Positions 61,846 through 64,000 of a stretch of DNA of 64,000 nucleotides are shown here, piece after piece. The DNA lies in the NCBI RefSeq assembly GCF_004010195.1, contig NC_057750.1:6784554-6848553 (forward strand), read 5' to 3'. Numbering within the stretch: the first letter of the stretch is position 1; the number at the start of each line of letters is the position of its first letter. The stretch comes from Chiloscyllium plagiosum. Taxonomy: Eukaryota. The notes beneath the pieces are model-generated. The model worked only from the letters and a program-made list of their open reading frames with translations, was not told the DNA's origin and ran no database searches. A program made the translations under genes and the position numbers.

Positions 61846-62675
61846 CCATTCAGCCCATTGTGCCTACTCTTGCAGTCAACAGTATCAACAGATTGGTCTG
61901 AAGGCTGCCTCAGAGTTCCTTTCCTTTCTGTTCTCTATAACCATGGACTCACTTATGAGTTACACAGGTCTGTCCGATGACTGCTTTCCTTGGAGGGAAA
62001 AGGGAGGAGGAGTGACAGCAAGAGAGAATCCCAAAGACTAAAGACCCCCAGATGAAATTCCAACTCACCTCCAGGTGAGAAACCCCCTCAGTTTAGTTCT
62101 ACAAGCCCCCATAACCAGAAACATCCTCTCAGCATCCACACTGTCAGAATCTTAGGTTTCAAGAAGATCACATCAGACTCTCCCAAACTCCAACGAGTAC
62201 AGGCCTAACCTACTCAACCTGGCCTCAAGAGGCAACAGATTCACCCCAGGAATCAGCAGAGTGATCTTTCCCTGAACAACTACCAAAGTTTAATCCTTTA
62301 AAAGGTTCCCAGAATTGTACTCCGTACTCCAGGTGCAGTCTCAAGGCCCCGTCAAGTCAGATCAAAACTTTCAAACTTCACTCTCAATGCAATAAAGGCC
62401 GATATTGATTGGCCTGCCTCAAACGCATGCAGGTACGACAAGTTGTGACTCATAACACCCAGACTCCCCTGCACCTCAGCATTCTGCAATCCCTCACACA
62501 TTAAACCTCAAAATCAGTTGCAAAGTACACTGGCATGGCCAGAGACCACACAAAAAAAAAAGGCATCATGCAAATGTACATGCCTTTCAGTTTCTGTTGT
62601 CTTTACAGCAGATTCCAGAACAGCAGGTCCAGGAACACTAGCCAGTTCTGCAATCATTACCAGTTACTTCCTTAC

Positions 62676-62775
62676 CTTTTCCCCAAACAACCAGATTTCC
62701 ACTTGAGTCACCAGTGATCACATCCCCGTTTTCAGAAAAAGCCAAACACAGAAGGTATTTGGGTTTCTCTTGCTT
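62676..62775 (-). CDS. EML2: EMAP-like WD40 protein (EML2-like), internal coding exon 1 of 11 in window: KQEKPKYLLCLAFSENGDVITGDSSGNLVVWGK(G)
   Basis: Acceptor ttttacag and donor AG|gtaagg, 100 nt. Translation matches the EML TAPE domain. Upstream exons lie outside the window. Paralog call (EML2 vs EML1) is from recalled sequences and is uncertain. Confidence 0.9.
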
Positions 62776-62974
62776 CTGTAAAAACAAAAAATAAAGTTTC
62801 AAAAAAATAAAAAGAATCAAGTGATTGACAGCCCCAAAAATAAAAGGCCATTCGGTCCATCACAGCTGCGCTGGCTCTTTGAAACAGTCGTCCAAATAGT
62901 CCGACATGCCTTCCACTTTCCCCATAGCCCTGCAAATTTTCTCCTTCAGAAAAATAAAAAGGACCAATCGATGT

Positions 62975-63260
62975 AGGGGCAGCACAGTGGCTAGCACTAC
63001 TGCCTCACAGCACCAGGGACCTGGGTTCGATTCCAGCCTCGGTGTGGAGTTTGCACATTCTCCCTGCGTCTGCGTAGGGATGCTCTGGTTTCCTCCCACA
63101 GTCCAAAGGTGTGCAGGTTAGGATGGATTGGCCAAGGGAACTTGCTCCATAGTGTTCAGAGATGCACAGGCTAGGTGGATTGGCCATGAGAATTATAGGG
63201 GGTGGGATGTTTTTTGGAGGGTTGTGGACTCTATGGGCTGAATGGCCTGCTTCCACACTA
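62975..63260 (+). mobile_element. HE1 SINE
   Basis: Head, V-domain and tail. Confidence 0.85.
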
Positions 63261-64000
63261 TTGAATAAAATAGCCAGAGCTCCCCAAATGGGTTTGTTAA
63301 CCTGGGCCTATCAAGGATCTCAGTCAACTAGATCTACTCGGCCCTTGTTCCAATGACCACACGGACAGAGGCAGGAAATTGGAGTTGAGGGTTATTAGAT
63401 CAGCCATGATCTCATTGAGTCCGCATTGCTGTTTAATGGGCTGAATGGTCTACTTTTGCTCCTGTGTCATCTGGTCCCTTAAATTCCCAAAAGTGCAAAA
63501 GGCTGGTGGGACTGGATTGGGTTGGGATATCCAGACAGCACGGACGCGTTGGACCAAAGGGTCTGTTTCCATGTTGTACATCTCTATGACTCTATGGCTA
63601 CTTTGCCTCGACCCCGAATAAACCCAGCAGCTGAGCTCTGAGATAGAGTATAAAAAAGATTCAAATTAATCTTAAAAAAAACCTTCATCTCCAACTTAAA
63701 ATAGATATCCTTTATTATGAAGCTGTCGGTCCTATTTCTAGATTCCCCAGTGGGGAGGTTTGAAGGGGGAAGAGAGAGTGGGGGAAAATCAAAGTCTTCA
63801 CTATACTGGGTAGAGCCAAAGACAGCGACTGGGTCGACAGATTTATCACCTGGACAGGGACCCCTACCCTTGTCCCTACAGTCTCAGGCCCCAGTTATAT
63901 GGTCTCAGAAGAGAAAGAAAAGTTTGTCTCAAAAGATTCATTATTTACAAAATGTCAAAAACTTTTGCTTTTGATTTAAGCATAATAAAAGCACAGACTG

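Overview
Repeat-rich vertebrate genomic DNA with three N-gaps, almost certainly from a shark or other elasmobranch (many HE1/V-SINE copies, CR1-type LINEs). The only host gene found is the 3' half of an EMAP-like WD40 gene on the minus strand, most like EML2 with EML1 not excluded. It has 11 GT-AG coding exons from 62775 to the stop at 34650 that splice in frame to 401 aa, and six of them are missing from the ORF track. A candidate distal poly(A) site near 26.4 kb would imply a 3' UTR of about 8 kb. Most of the rest is retroposon debris: CR1, L2, RTE, several SINE families, solo-LTR-like elements, a Tc1/pogo-type MITE and a tRNA-Lys pseudogene. The most unusual signal is about 20 short Penelope-like (PLE) elements from at least four families, most carrying a minimal hammerhead ribozyme core or a decayed remnant of one (CTGAnGA-A/T-stem II-GAAA-palindromic ACGT/AGCT). 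They are often arranged as ~200-bp fold-back palindromes with a ~35-nt one-sided tail and 8-18 bp target-site duplications, and two families are physically linked to GIY-YIG remnants. All family names come from motif recognition by eye; no database searches were run.
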